Source of the DNA: a virus
Taxonomy: Duplodnaviria; Caudoviricetes
DNA: 39,303 nucleotides
IMG/VR virus record: IMGVR_UViG_3300043443_000866
Coordinates: 1-39,303 of that record
Direction: 5' to 3' (one strand)
The notes under the pieces were generated by a model. It had not been told where the DNA came from. It did not search any database and saw nothing but the letters and a program-made list of their open reading frames with translations. Position numbers and translations under genes: made by a program. This document shows positions 9,701 to 18,568 of this stretch, piece after piece (position 1 is the stretch's first letter; every line of letters begins with the position of its first letter).

Positions 9701-10224
9701 TCTTTACCGTACAAAGCCATTGCAACCGCCGACTTTCCAGAGCCGTCAGCAAACTGGCCCATGGCATCGGCTACTGCCTTCATCTGGTCCTCAGGACTCA
9801 GGGATTTAAAGGTCGTGAAATCAATACCGATTGCTTCCAGTGCCTTGCCTGCACCCTTGGTGTCCTCAGTAGCGCCAGCCATATTCTTGGCCAACTTATT
9901 CATTGCTTGAGATATCGTCTCCAAGCTTGTGTCTGATGTCTTTCCGATTGCGCCAAGGGCGCTTAGGGCTTCAACTGTTGCGCCAGTTTGTGCTGCCAAG
10001 TCGTGTAATTTGGCGCTGGCCTCAAGCGAGCCTTTGATCATGCCCACGAAAGCATCGAGCGAAGAAATTCCTGCAAAAGCAATGAAGGCGCTTTTTGCAA
10101 GACCAACCGCCTGCTCAATCGACTTCATGCTGTCGCCGACCACTCGCTTTGCCTGATCCATGTCAGCTTGCAAGCGGGCGACGTTAGCCGCCATTTCAAT
10201 CGTTAGGGTAGCAATCGTGCTCAT
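6796..10224 (-). CDS. Tail tape measure protein
   Basis: 1142 aa, Ala/Gly-rich helical, N-terminal IATLTIEMAAN; follows the chaperone genes. Confidence 0.92.
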   Translation of the reverse strand: MSTIATLTIEMAANVARLQADMDQAKRVVGDSMKSIEQAVGLAKSAFIAFAGISSLDAFVGMIKGSLEASAKLHDLAAQTGATVEALSALGAIGKTSDTSLETISQAMNKLAKNMAGATEDTKGAGKALEAIGIDFTTFKSLSPEDQMKAVADAMGQFADGSGKSAVAMALYGKEGAKLIPFLKDLNEVSELQAKVTSEQAAMADNFTDNLTKLKASGEGWKKELSLGMLPALNDASQAVLEMTNGTGGLRKTIRQLTADGTIQKWTNAAIVGLSYLLDAVQILIRAFNTLIIVLGSTLMATFYAVQGKFEAAGNALKTVGAEVADQWSDQTIGQKFRARLEEVKGLGQTSEEAKPKLDFTNVMNGNKEAADKQTKAYNDLVATIKEKIASTNLETESGGKLTEAQKQQLEINKLVEKGTISLKDATSDNTKALLEQLTAAEQAKAVQEDLRKASEEAWKEYIKNTDALQKNVQAIEDKVRKQLEENDAIGKTKAELLQLEIARLKDEAATLAQIGQQEEYLGLCTRETIAHQDTLEALKKLIEAKEQGVHLQAAKEAADAWEKTAKTIETSLTDALMRGFESGKSFGANLRDTLFNMFKTLILRPIIQPIAQGASSAILGTVGMGASGTAAAATPGSLASMIGGATGFLGGGLKAGFTGIFGEAGTAGVYDAGMTAIGAGNISGGVGTLAGGALGWLGAGAAGIGLGSLIAGDKSVGGLSGTSSSAIGTAIGAAVAGPLGAVLGGALGGLFNAAFGMGDKNVTASGVQGSVGGGAVTGQLFSNWHQDGGWFRSDRNGTDFAAITSDLQSAMNSGAQAILESTKAYADALGLPAEQLASVTTSFTAKLTGDAEKDKQAILDVLDQYQVALTNGFQETLLPFKKAGESLIETLQRLALIQGFSESINSLGGIFTTIANSSIAARESLISMAGGIDALITKANAFVKDYYSQGEQAGLQARNIVDALKSVGIDGTNLASREDFRLLVETRDVNSQQGQEQLLKLLDLGPQFAQLSDYMKANDVTMKQLLDAAPQVEILNKMLTPAEQTAKSTGDLASTAKVGNTLLSDLNESVRAGANSTTSAINVLAGAVNGMAAVAEAAVSAAQSAAASAAAASSAASSAADKVSLVQSQPTYIYDIGGAKP

Positions 10225-10236
10225 ATATTCAACGCT

Positions 10237-10527
10237 TTATCGTTGTTCAGAGGCGGCTTTAAGTGCGACTTGATCAAGCGCATGGATGCAGTCCAACTCC
10301 CAGGGGTTCAAAGCAATGCCATGAAGATGCTGGAAAGCCAGCAAATCTGAAGCATTGATTGCGTTTGGTCCCATTCCTCCACTGCGCATGTGATGAAGCT
10401 GCAAAAAGACTTCCCAAATTGCATGAAGGCATCCTGGTAGTGGTGGAACGATCAGCTCCGGGGGAATTTCCCCGGAGGATTTGGCATAGGCTTGCAAGTG
10501 ATCACGCTGTGTCAGCCCGTCAGGCAT
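10237..10527 (-). CDS. Tail assembly chaperone, gpT-like segment (probably expressed by -1 frameshift)
   Basis: Lies between the gpG-like gene and the tape measure; its frame stays open upstream into the end of the gpG-like gene. Confidence 0.75.
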   Translation of the reverse strand: MPDGLTQRDHLQAYAKSSGEIPPELIVPPLPGCLHAIWEVFLQLHHMRSGGMGPNAINASDLLAFQHLHGIALNPWELDCIHALDQVALKAASEQR

Positions 10528-10565
10528 ACGCTTAGAAAGGCTGAATTGCGCTTCCGCGTGCGCGA

Positions 10566-10970
10566 TCAGTTGCTCGCGGAGCGCTGCATAAAACGCTCTT
10601 TTTCATTCAATGCGGCGTTGAGTTGATCAACAAGCCACGAATACTCGTCGTTTTCGTACAGCTCGCGTGCAGCTTCTGGACTAAAAGGTACTTCTTTACC
10701 TTTTTCGTCTGTAAAGCCAGACCATCCCAGAGTGAATGAGACCAAGTTGTCGCGCGCTTGCAGCTCCTGCTCTGCGGGATCGTCCAGCGTCACTTTTCCA
10801 GTCTTTTGCAGTTGGTGTTGCAAGCGACGTTGGTTGGCCAGGAGGATTGATTTACGTTTTGGATGTGTTGGTCCTGCAATCTCAAAAAACACGCCTGTTG
10901 GCGCGCTGTTTTCATCTTTGATCTCGACTTTTGCGCTCAAAACGCTTTTGATGATTCGTAGGTTACTCAT
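10566..10970 (-). CDS. Tail assembly chaperone, gpG-like
   Basis: 134 aa after the tail tube; GWSGF...VPFSPEAARELY pattern; GAGAGGA RBS. Confidence 0.8.
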   Translation of the reverse strand: MSNLRIIKSVLSAKVEIKDENSAPTGVFFEIAGPTHPKRKSILLANQRRLQHQLQKTGKVTLDDPAEQELQARDNLVSFTLGWSGFTDEKGKEVPFSPEAARELYENDEYSWLVDQLNAALNEKERFMQRSASN

Positions 10971-10975
10971 GTGAT

Positions 10976-11057
10976 TTCCTCTCGCGGGTAGGTAAAAAAA
11001 GCCCGCACCCGACCTGACCGCCCCCCGCGAAGGAAGCGAATCAGGCCGGGTCGGTGC
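10976..11057 (-). promoter_or_regulatory. Structured intergenic RNA: long hairpin plus U7, with an alternative anti-RBS pairing
   Basis: Roughly 20-bp stem with G-U pairs followed by U7; apical UUCCUUCGCGGG is complementary to CCCGCGAGAGGAA over the downstream RBS. Confidence 0.6.
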
Positions 11058-11071
11058 CAGGGAACGCTGGG

Positions 11072-12283
11072 TTAAGCAGCGGTGTCTTGCATCACCAAAG
11101 TGGTCTGTTCGGAACTGGTGCCCGAACCTCCGTTGGTGTTCAGTAATGCCGTGAAGGGAAATGTCTGAACGATGCCGCCTGTGCCGTCGTTCTTTTGTTG
11201 CCCGCCCAGCTTGATGCGTGGAATAGTTAGAGTCAGAACATCAGCGGTTGCTGTGTTGTCCGTAGTGAGCGACACCACCAAGCTTGTCTCTGTTTCATTC
11301 ACAAATAAGTCGCGAAGCGTGGCATCAGTGAAATATGCAGTGAACTGGCCGGTTACAGACACAGGACCTGCGAAAAGATTGGGAACAGTGTTGGATCCAA
11401 CGACGGGATCACCCGAGAAAGTAGGATCAATATTGATTTGCAGGCCAGTCACGACACTTTGTGCAGTTCCGTTGACAAGCAAAATTCCATTTACCGCCGC
11501 AACGATTCCATTGGATGTCAAGGCGGTGGGACTGGTGAAGTAGCGAGTCGCTGAAGAAATCATGTTCTGACCCATCAGGTCAAAACTAACTTTGGCCATA
11601 CCGGTTGGTGGCAGATCAATGCCGACCTTGTCCATTTTTAAGCCCGTATAAACCTCAGACTGACTGATGTCATTGAACCAGTGCTCCATTGAATAGCTCA
11701 CATCGGTGTGACCTGACGTCGGTATGAACGTCTTTTTGCCTTGCACGCCAACTGTGGCCGATGCAATCGGGCCTTCAGCGGTAAGAGTTGTACCGTTTAA
11801 CGTCATCACTGTAGCCACCGTTGCGGTTAGGCCGATGATCAGAAGGTTCTTGTTCAAGTTGTTTGCGTTAAAGGTGCCTGCGGTAAGCCGCACGACATCG
11901 CCAATCTTGAATCCATCCGCAAGGTATGAGCCTGCGGCTCGGGTTAGTGTGAAATTGGGTGCAGTTCCTGCCACCGTAATGCTCAGGCTTGTAGCGCTCA
12001 CTCCGGCAGTGAATTCACGCTTGAGCACAGCGGCAAAAATGTCGCTGTATGTTTTAGGAGATAACTCGCCTTGCAGCGAACCTTGAATACGGCGAACCCC
12101 ATGGCGAAAGTCGGCAACTTGCATGTCTGGACGAATCTCAGCCGACTGATAGGTCTCTTTTGTGAGGTCAATCGTTGATTGCGCTCGGCGCAACAGTTGT
12201 GCTCCCGATGCGGCTGGGACAGTGCCATAGGTAACCTCACGTTTGAGCGCTACCTGCTTAAAAATACCGGATGCTTGTGGCAT
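11072..12283 (-). CDS. Major tail tube protein
   Basis: EVTYGTVP...SAEIRPDMQVADFRHG motif; start set at ATG 12283 behind a GGAGA RBS. Confidence 0.88.
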   Translation of the reverse strand: MPQASGIFKQVALKREVTYGTVPAASGAQLLRRAQSTIDLTKETYQSAEIRPDMQVADFRHGVRRIQGSLQGELSPKTYSDIFAAVLKREFTAGVSATSLSITVAGTAPNFTLTRAAGSYLADGFKIGDVVRLTAGTFNANNLNKNLLIIGLTATVATVMTLNGTTLTAEGPIASATVGVQGKKTFIPTSGHTDVSYSMEHWFNDISQSEVYTGLKMDKVGIDLPPTGMAKVSFDLMGQNMISSATRYFTSPTALTSNGIVAAVNGILLVNGTAQSVVTGLQINIDPTFSGDPVVGSNTVPNLFAGPVSVTGQFTAYFTDATLRDLFVNETETSLVVSLTTDNTATADVLTLTIPRIKLGGQQKNDGTGGIVQTFPFTALLNTNGGSGTSSEQTTLVMQDTAA

Positions 12284-12293
12284 GGTCTTCTCC

Positions 12294-12320
12294 AAATAAA
12301 AAAGCCCGCTTACTGCGGGC
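12294..12320 (-). terminator. Putative intrinsic terminator upstream of tail tube
   Basis: GCCCGC-AGTAA-GCGGGC followed by TTTTTTATTT. Confidence 0.65.
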
Positions 12321-12348
12321 AGGGTTGCAACTAAACCGATGAAACTAT

Positions 12349-12750
12349 TTAGGTCTCGTCATGTGTAAGCAGGAAATCGACTCCCTGCATGTACAAGCCG
12401 GATAAGTCATCTCTTTCGTCTGAGCCTATGAGTTCTCGGGTAATTCCGATGACTTGCACGCCAGCGATCAAGCCACTTTTAAAAAGTAACGCTCCACGAA
12501 TGGCTTCGTGAATGGTTTTGACTTCCGTATAAGTGCGAGCAAGAACAGAAACCTGAACGCGACTGCGTAAGATCACGCCGCCTGCTTGAGCATTGATCGG
12601 CAGGATCTCAACACCACTGACCAGCTCATATGAAATCGCTGGCATGGCTGTGTTTTGAGGAATAAGGCCAGGGAATATCTTTGTACCCACCAAGGCGGCT
12701 ACCGTCGCATTCCCCGTGAGCAACGTGTAGATGACCTTCTCAGCCCTCAT
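12349..12750 (-). CDS. Tail terminator / completion protein (DUF3168-like)
   Basis: VAALVGTKIFP...PAISY...RVQVSV pattern; synteny. Confidence 0.8.
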   Translation of the reverse strand: MRAEKVIYTLLTGNATVAALVGTKIFPGLIPQNTAMPAISYELVSGVEILPINAQAGGVILRSRVQVSVLARTYTEVKTIHEAIRGALLFKSGLIAGVQVIGITRELIGSDERDDLSGLYMQGVDFLLTHDET

Positions 12751-13250
12751 CGCGTCACACCATTTGATTCGTCTGGTAACTTGTCCAGCTCTTTAGTAAT
12801 CCTCGCCGCCAAGTAATCCTTAAACGCAGTAATTGCTTCACTGCCGTCATGAGCTGCCATATCAGCAGCAGGACGCATAAAGGGCTTTTTCTTTGCACCA
12901 GGGTGATGAACTACCTCGCGCATCATTCCTGCAATCACCAGGCTCTTGCGATTCTTGGGCTTGATCAGATGCTTTGCCGTACCGAACTCAACCATGTGTG
13001 CGTAATAAGCAGTCTTGTTGCCCGCTACCACGCGGGCGCTAATTTTTCCGTCTCTGCCAGCCCGTGTACTGATTCGCAAGCTTGCGGCTAGTTCACCACT
13101 CACGTTGTGAATTGCAGCCTTTGCTTGCTCAAGAACAACCTTTTGTCCAGCTCGCAGGGCTCCGCGCAAAATCTTTTTTTCAACCTGCACAGGAAACTGA
13201 TCGAGGATTTTCTGCAGTTCAGACAAGCCGTTTACTTGCGTCTCTAGCAT
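12747..13250 (-). CDS. HK97 gp10-family tail component
   Basis: YYAHMVEFGT...PFMRPA motif. Confidence 0.88.
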   Translation of the reverse strand: MLETQVNGLSELQKILDQFPVQVEKKILRGALRAGQKVVLEQAKAAIHNVSGELAASLRISTRAGRDGKISARVVAGNKTAYYAHMVEFGTAKHLIKPKNRKSLVIAGMMREVVHHPGAKKKPFMRPAADMAAHDGSEAITAFKDYLAARITKELDKLPDESNGVTR

Positions 13251-13274
13251 GTCGGTTCCTTTATATCTTGCTGC

Positions 13275-13619
13275 TCACTCAAGACCTTCTGACGCAAGCA
13301 ATGTGATCATTACATTGCTCTCGTCTTCGCTCATGACAGCGTGAATATTAAAAATTCGAGATTTGAAGATCGCTCGATAGCTGGATACCACCCTGGTATC
13401 TGTGAGGCTGGTTTGGTACCTCACAGTGATCTGATGGGATACCTCGCTTGCGATGCGATGTGCTCTTTTCTGTTCGGTCCCTGTTAGGGGTTGAATTTCA
13501 GCCCAGACCTTGGCCACATCTATCCAGGTTCGTACTGGACCGCCGAGACTGTCTTGTAATGTGGACTGGCGTTGCAGTGTGATTCGTTTTGTCAGTTGAC
13601 CTGCACTGAGAACAGTCAT
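13275..13619 (-). CDS. Head closure / head-tail adaptor (SPP1 gp16-like)
   Basis: AGQLTKRITLQ...VWAEIQPL...HQITVRY motif. Confidence 0.88.
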   Translation of the reverse strand: MTVLSAGQLTKRITLQRQSTLQDSLGGPVRTWIDVAKVWAEIQPLTGTEQKRAHRIASEVSHQITVRYQTSLTDTRVVSSYRAIFKSRIFNIHAVMSEDESNVMITLLASEGLE

Positions 13620-14239
13620 AAAAAGGCAACCTTGTAAGGGTCAAGTAGTCCGTCAATAAAAGGCAATGAATCGATGCGTCCTCGTGACAGCGCTGCAACC
13701 TCTTCGCGGTGCGCATACAAGCTACCCACACGCAACTTGATCCAACTTTTTATGCCTTCTGGAACTTGTGCTGCAGTTCCATACCCTGCGTCAAAAGTAA
13801 CTGAAACCGCTCCGATCTGGGGCAAGCAAATTGGCCAGATTTGTCCAAAAACGGGAGTGATCCGAGCAGGCTCACAAGCCGAGTCCACTGTGTAATTCGA
13901 TACCGGCATGGTCTGACTTACAGACCCCATGTCCAAATAATTGATTGAAATCACCGATTGCACTGGGGCCTTTGCCAACAATATTGCATGCCCAGGCAGT
14001 GTGAAAGCCTGGTCAGCTGGTACACCCATCAGCGACGGCCCTGGAAAGCAGTCAAGCACTTGCTTCCAGCGGGCAGTGATTAACTGCCTGCCAGTCAAGG
14101 TCTCGGCTGCTTGCCTGGCCGCCGTGATGAGCGACGCAATCAGCGTGTCGTCATCGTCAAAGTCCACCCGCAGATGCAGCTTTGCCTCAATGAGGGTCAC
14201 TGGTTCCTCAGAGGGTGGCGTGACGAGTTGAATGGACAT
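13616..14239 (-). CDS. Head-tail connector (gp6-like, phiE125 gp8 type)
   Basis: EPVTLIEAKLHLRVD...DDTLIASLITAAR and LYAHRE motifs. Confidence 0.9.
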   Translation of the reverse strand: MSIQLVTPPSEEPVTLIEAKLHLRVDFDDDDTLIASLITAARQAAETLTGRQLITARWKQVLDCFPGPSLMGVPADQAFTLPGHAILLAKAPVQSVISINYLDMGSVSQTMPVSNYTVDSACEPARITPVFGQIWPICLPQIGAVSVTFDAGYGTAAQVPEGIKSWIKLRVGSLYAHREEVAALSRGRIDSLPFIDGLLDPYKVAFL

Positions 14240-14686
14240 TTAGATGACCTGCACCACAGCCGATTGGTTAGAAGCATCAGCAGGCGCAAAGCGCGGATTG
14301 ACACCAAGCACCTGTGCTGAAGTCTGGCTTGCAGCCACACCCACCGTGATGGACAGGCGTACAAAGCCAAAGCCGTTCACCGTGTCGAGCTCCTCGGGCT
14401 TGACGTTGATCAAGGCCTGCTTGTTGTCGCCAGTGGCTTTAACGATCTGGGTGATCGCTTTGCCAGTGATGTCCTTGGCGCTGGTACCGGTTGAATCAAC
14501 CGCCTGCTGCAACTTCGCATCTACTGTGGCGCTGGTGCCCAGCACTCCCGTCTGGACCAGAGAGAGAAATCCGTGGTGGTTGGCCACAGAAATCCAGCCC
14601 GTGGTGATTGTTCCTGCCGCTTGCGCTGCAGGGTCGATGGTGGCGAGTACAGACAGCAGTTCGCTGCCTTTTGCGTTGGGAAACAT
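14240..14686 (-). CDS. Capsid-associated (possible decoration) protein
   Basis: 148-aa beta-rich ORF directly after the capsid gene, with a strong AGGAGA RBS. Confidence 0.7.
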   Translation of the reverse strand: MFPNAKGSELLSVLATIDPAAQAAGTITTGWISVANHHGFLSLVQTGVLGTSATVDAKLQQAVDSTGTSAKDITGKAITQIVKATGDNKQALINVKPEELDTVNGFGFVRLSITVGVAASQTSAQVLGVNPRFAPADASNQSAVVQVI

Positions 14687-14712
14687 GGTTTTCTCCTAGG
14701 GTTTGAGGCTGC

Positions 14713-16026
14713 TTAGCGCGCGCCCAGTTGAATAAAGGGAGACATCGTCGCGCTACCTTTGGCAGGCGTGATGGGGCTGTTGAGCTTGGACTGACCGTCC
14801 ATGCGGAAGGTGGTGCGAAAAGCCGTCAAATCCGCATCGAAGTACAGATGCATTGAGGTGGCCGTTTGCAAACCGCCCGCTTTGGTGATGGTCTGGTAGT
14901 ACTTCAGGTCCACCAGCAAGATGTCGCCTTGGGCTGAGAAGGTGTTGGCGTGTTGAGACACAAACACTGGACGTCCGAGCAACGTGCCATAGGGCGAGAC
15001 CTGCAAACCACCGACGGGCAGGCCCGTGGGGATGTAGATCGGGTAATTGCCCAAGGTCAGCGTGAAAAGCGCTGGAAGCACATCGTTGTTGACGATCCAG
15101 ACCGCGTTGGCAAAAGAGCCAGTTGGAAGCCGTGAAATCATCTTGGCCAAGTTTTGCGGCAAAAGAGTCTGTGTCGCCTGACCTGTCTCTTTTGCAACCG
15201 TCACCGTAGCGCCAGAGCTGATTGCTCCGATTGGCACGCCGTTGCCAGCGCCAAAGAGAATGGACTCGTTGGTTTTCCAGCGAATGGACAGGGCAACCTT
15301 TTCCGGCAAATACGTAGTCAACGCATTTGCGTCGTCCAGCAATTCATCCGTGGTGGGGACTAACGCCATGAGCTTTTTAAGGCGCAAAGTTGCCAGACCA
15401 AGCACTGGTTTGGATGCAATAGCCGAGGCGGCTTCTCCCTGCCAATAGGCACGGATACCGTTGGTGCCCCAAGGTGTCGTTTCGTCCTTGGGGAACGCCA
15501 TGCTGTTTCCGCTGATCTCAACGTTGTCAGTCATCGGCAGCAAGGAATCCTCACCCAAAGAGAGTTTGAAGATTTGCTGGGAAAACTGAGGCGGAACCAA
15601 GAAGCCACCGTCTTGGCCAGAGGCCTCATTAGCAAAGCTGCCTGGCGCTGCTGCACCTCGACCGCCGCCAATCAGCAAGCGATCATCAAGGGATTTACCG
15701 GGCTTTTCTGCCTGGTACACCGCCTGCATGAATTCGCCCGCTGTTCGAAAGCCGTGCATAGGGTCAGCTTCACGGTTGTCGGTAACTGTGATGAATGCAC
15801 CAGAGGCGGCTGGGACTTGAGCCATTTGCGCCTCTTCGGCGATCAGGCTCGCTTCACGGTCGATGGCGTTACTAGCAGCCTCAATACGTGTCTTGAGTGA
15901 ATCAAAGGCCGTAGCCTCTTCGTCATTCAGATCGCGGTTATCGGCTGCGGCACGGTCAGTGAGCGCGCGCGCTTCTTTGACCAAGTTGGATTTGCGAGCC
16001 TGCAGCTCGCGCAATTGCTTACTCAT
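14713..16026 (-). CDS. Major capsid protein, HK97 fold with N-terminal delta domain
   Basis: Coiled-coil N-terminus, DGGFLVPPQF, LLGRPV motifs. Confidence 0.95.
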   Translation of the reverse strand: MSKQLRELQARKSNLVKEARALTDRAAADNRDLNDEEATAFDSLKTRIEAASNAIDREASLIAEEAQMAQVPAASGAFITVTDNREADPMHGFRTAGEFMQAVYQAEKPGKSLDDRLLIGGGRGAAAPGSFANEASGQDGGFLVPPQFSQQIFKLSLGEDSLLPMTDNVEISGNSMAFPKDETTPWGTNGIRAYWQGEAASAIASKPVLGLATLRLKKLMALVPTTDELLDDANALTTYLPEKVALSIRWKTNESILFGAGNGVPIGAISSGATVTVAKETGQATQTLLPQNLAKMISRLPTGSFANAVWIVNNDVLPALFTLTLGNYPIYIPTGLPVGGLQVSPYGTLLGRPVFVSQHANTFSAQGDILLVDLKYYQTITKAGGLQTATSMHLYFDADLTAFRTTFRMDGQSKLNSPITPAKGSATMSPFIQLGAR

Positions 16027-16053
16027 TTGGGGTTCTCCAAAATCAAGGAACGT

Positions 16054-16148
16054 AAAAAAACCACCGGGTCTTAATTGACGAGGTGGTTACTTGGGGTGCG
16101 GCCAACGGGCCGCTTCACTTTGCTGGCAGCTCTCTACGGAGTGCTGCC
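16054..16148 (-). promoter_or_regulatory. Three tandem hairpins ending in a U7 terminator-like element in the capsid leader
   Basis: Stems 16125-16148, 16098-16113 and 16059-16088, followed by U7. Confidence 0.55.
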
Positions 16149-16156
16149 TAGAAAAA

Positions 16157-17083
16157 TCACATTAGGGCAAGCGAGTTCCTCGCTTGGTTAAGTCGCAGTG
16201 CATTGGGTTTGCTTTGAGCGCGTGCATCTCGCCGCATCTTTTTGATGACATCATCAAAACTGGCAATCCCATCGACCATGTTGTTTGCAAGTGCCGCGTC
16301 GGCCCCGAGAACTCGGCCTTGGCCCATGCCATCTCGCACTTGGGAGATAGACACGCCTCGGCCTTTAGCTACGGCCTTGGTGAACGCGGCGTAATAGTCA
16401 TCAACACGAGACTGCATAAAGCCCTGGGCTTCTTCGTCCAATGGCGCATAAGGGTTGCCCTCAACCTTGAACTTTCCAGCCGAGATCAGGGTTGTCTTGA
16501 CTCCCGCCTCATCCATGGCCTTGCTGTAATCCTGATGTGCCTGCCAAACACCAATGGAGCCGACCTCTCCACCTGGGGTGACATAAAACTCTGAAGCCGA
16601 GCACCCAATCCAGTAAGCCGCCGAGGCGGCCAGACTATTGGCAATTGCAACTACAGGTTTTTGTGCGCGGGCACTAACGATCTCATCGGCCAATTCAGCT
16701 ACACCGTAGACGCTGCCACCGGGGCTGTCGATGTCGATCAAAATTTGAGAGACGGTTTCGTCCTGAAGTGCTGCTCGCAACATATTTGAAAACTTCTGAG
16801 TGCTTGCTGTGCCAGGCCCGGACACATCGTCAACCATGTTTCCCCGCTGTGTCACGATGCCATACAGGGGGAGCACCGCAATGCCGCCGCCCGAATTGGA
16901 AACACTCGATTGGCGACGTGCTTCCCGTGCTTGTCGATCTTCTGAAATGCTGAGCATCACTTCATCAGTGGCGCGCGCATCACCAGACCAACGAGCAATG
17001 ACAGCAGTGACAGCGCTTAAACGCTCGGGCATCAAGGCCCAGGGAGTTGCCAAATATTCAGCAACTAGCAATTGATGGTTCAT
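16157..17083 (-). CDS. Prohead maturation protease, S49 family
   Basis: DIDSPGG, AASAAYW, VGSIGV motifs; between portal and capsid. Confidence 0.93.
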   Translation of the reverse strand: MNHQLLVAEYLATPWALMPERLSAVTAVIARWSGDARATDEVMLSISEDRQAREARRQSSVSNSGGGIAVLPLYGIVTQRGNMVDDVSGPGTASTQKFSNMLRAALQDETVSQILIDIDSPGGSVYGVAELADEIVSARAQKPVVAIANSLAASAAYWIGCSASEFYVTPGGEVGSIGVWQAHQDYSKAMDEAGVKTTLISAGKFKVEGNPYAPLDEEAQGFMQSRVDDYYAAFTKAVAKGRGVSISQVRDGMGQGRVLGADAALANNMVDGIASFDDVIKKMRRDARAQSKPNALRLNQARNSLALM

Positions 17084-18564
17084 GGTCTCATCCCAAGTGA
17101 TTTAAGTGATTGGCAAAGGTGTTCCTCATCCATGGAGAAACTTGTCTTTGCCCAGCCGCTGACACGTTCCAATGGAACAGCTAACGATTGCGCAATTAGC
17201 GCCAGCTCTTTTTCTTCAATTCGTCCCGCTCTTGCAATGCGTCTGGCCCAGCGTTCAGCGCTTGAGTCAATCAAAGCCCTCAAGCGAGCCTCAGCCTCAT
17301 CAATGGACTCCGTAGCTTCTTGAGCAGGGTCTTCCGCTTGTTCGGTGTCAATCTCTTGATCCTCTGCCGCGTTTTCTTCAGTCATATTCAGCGGGCGAAG
17401 GGGCTCGTCAAGGCCATCAAGCGGGTTGAGGTTCTCTGCGATACGTGCTTCGTTGCGCGTGAGCCAACCGTTTTGAATTCCGCTTTGGTAATACGAAGCA
17501 CGACTTGCTGCATCCCCACGCATCAGGTTGGCAAAATCAAACTCGACTTCGATGTCGTCACCGTCAAGCAACAATTCCGACTCGATGCTGGCTTCCCAGC
17601 GTTCAGCCCATGGCGTCATGGTGTGCATGACGAACTCCAGGCTTTGCTGCTCAATGTTGGAAAAGGTCGCGCGGTCCAGATCTCCGATCATGTGAGGGGG
17701 AACACGAAAAAGCCTGGCCACATCAGTGATTTGAAATTTGCGCAACTCAAGGAACTGGGCATCCTTGTTCGAGACACCTACTTCATGAAACTTCATGCCG
17801 TTTTCAAGCACCAGGACTTTGCCCCGATTGGGACCGGACTGTGCCTGCTGGTAAGACTCACGAAAAACCTTCTTGGCTTCCGAATCCTTAAATGAACCCG
17901 GAAACTCAATCCACCCGCCCGTCGGTTTGGCGTCGTTTGCAAAGAAGCGAGATCCATAGTCTTGGGCAGCCAACGCCATACCCAAGCTCTCTCTGGCCAG
18001 CTCGATCGGACTCATGCCAATTAACCCGTCAGATGACAAACCACGTAAGTGCCAGACCTCGCCACGCGGCAAGATTGACTCTCTCCCAAATCGATCGGTG
18101 AACCTGTATCTGTACTCGCCCGATTGCAGTAGCTCCAGTCGGATCCGATCGGGGTGCAGCGGCATCAACTCCACTACCTCGCCTTTTGGGTTGGTGATGA
18201 TTTGGTTGTATGCGTTGCCTCTAAGTGCCAAATGGCCTTGCAACATTTCACGCCACTCAAATGGGTTCTGGAAACGATTGGGGCGCTTAGCAAGTAACTG
18301 ATATAGCCAGTGGTCCGTTACCTTATCCTTGCCGCCATCTGAACGCCGTTGATAGACGACAAGTGGCAAAGATGCCATGGTCTCTGACAAAACCCGTACG
18401 CAGGCATATACAGAAGCAAGTCTGAGCGCGCTGTCTGGCGAGACACGCATCCCACTCCCAGTTCGAGCGGAGACTGGCTCGAAATAGAAGTCTCCCCACG
18501 GCGAGCGATCCCCTCCGGATGCATTGGGGCCACGGAAGCGATCAAAGAAATTTAAAAATCCCAT
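17080..18564 (-). CDS. Portal protein, HK97 family
   Basis: VYACVRVLSE, LRGNAY, GMSPI, ARLFRVPPHMIG, FSNIEQQ, TRNEAR motifs. Confidence 0.96.
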   Translation of the reverse strand: MGFLNFFDRFRGPNASGGDRSPWGDFYFEPVSARTGSGMRVSPDSALRLASVYACVRVLSETMASLPLVVYQRRSDGGKDKVTDHWLYQLLAKRPNRFQNPFEWREMLQGHLALRGNAYNQIITNPKGEVVELMPLHPDRIRLELLQSGEYRYRFTDRFGRESILPRGEVWHLRGLSSDGLIGMSPIELARESLGMALAAQDYGSRFFANDAKPTGGWIEFPGSFKDSEAKKVFRESYQQAQSGPNRGKVLVLENGMKFHEVGVSNKDAQFLELRKFQITDVARLFRVPPHMIGDLDRATFSNIEQQSLEFVMHTMTPWAERWEASIESELLLDGDDIEVEFDFANLMRGDAASRASYYQSGIQNGWLTRNEARIAENLNPLDGLDEPLRPLNMTEENAAEDQEIDTEQAEDPAQEATESIDEAEARLRALIDSSAERWARRIARAGRIEEKELALIAQSLAVPLERVSGWAKTSFSMDEEHLCQSLKSLGMRP

Positions 18565-18568
18565 CGGT

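Noticed and set aside
6841-10156. Numerous plus-strand ORFs opposite the tape measure (likewise 877-1560, 26690-27532, 29550-30251, 34329-35088)
   Set aside because: Antisense shadows of strong genes in GC-rich DNA, with no RBS or recognisable motifs.
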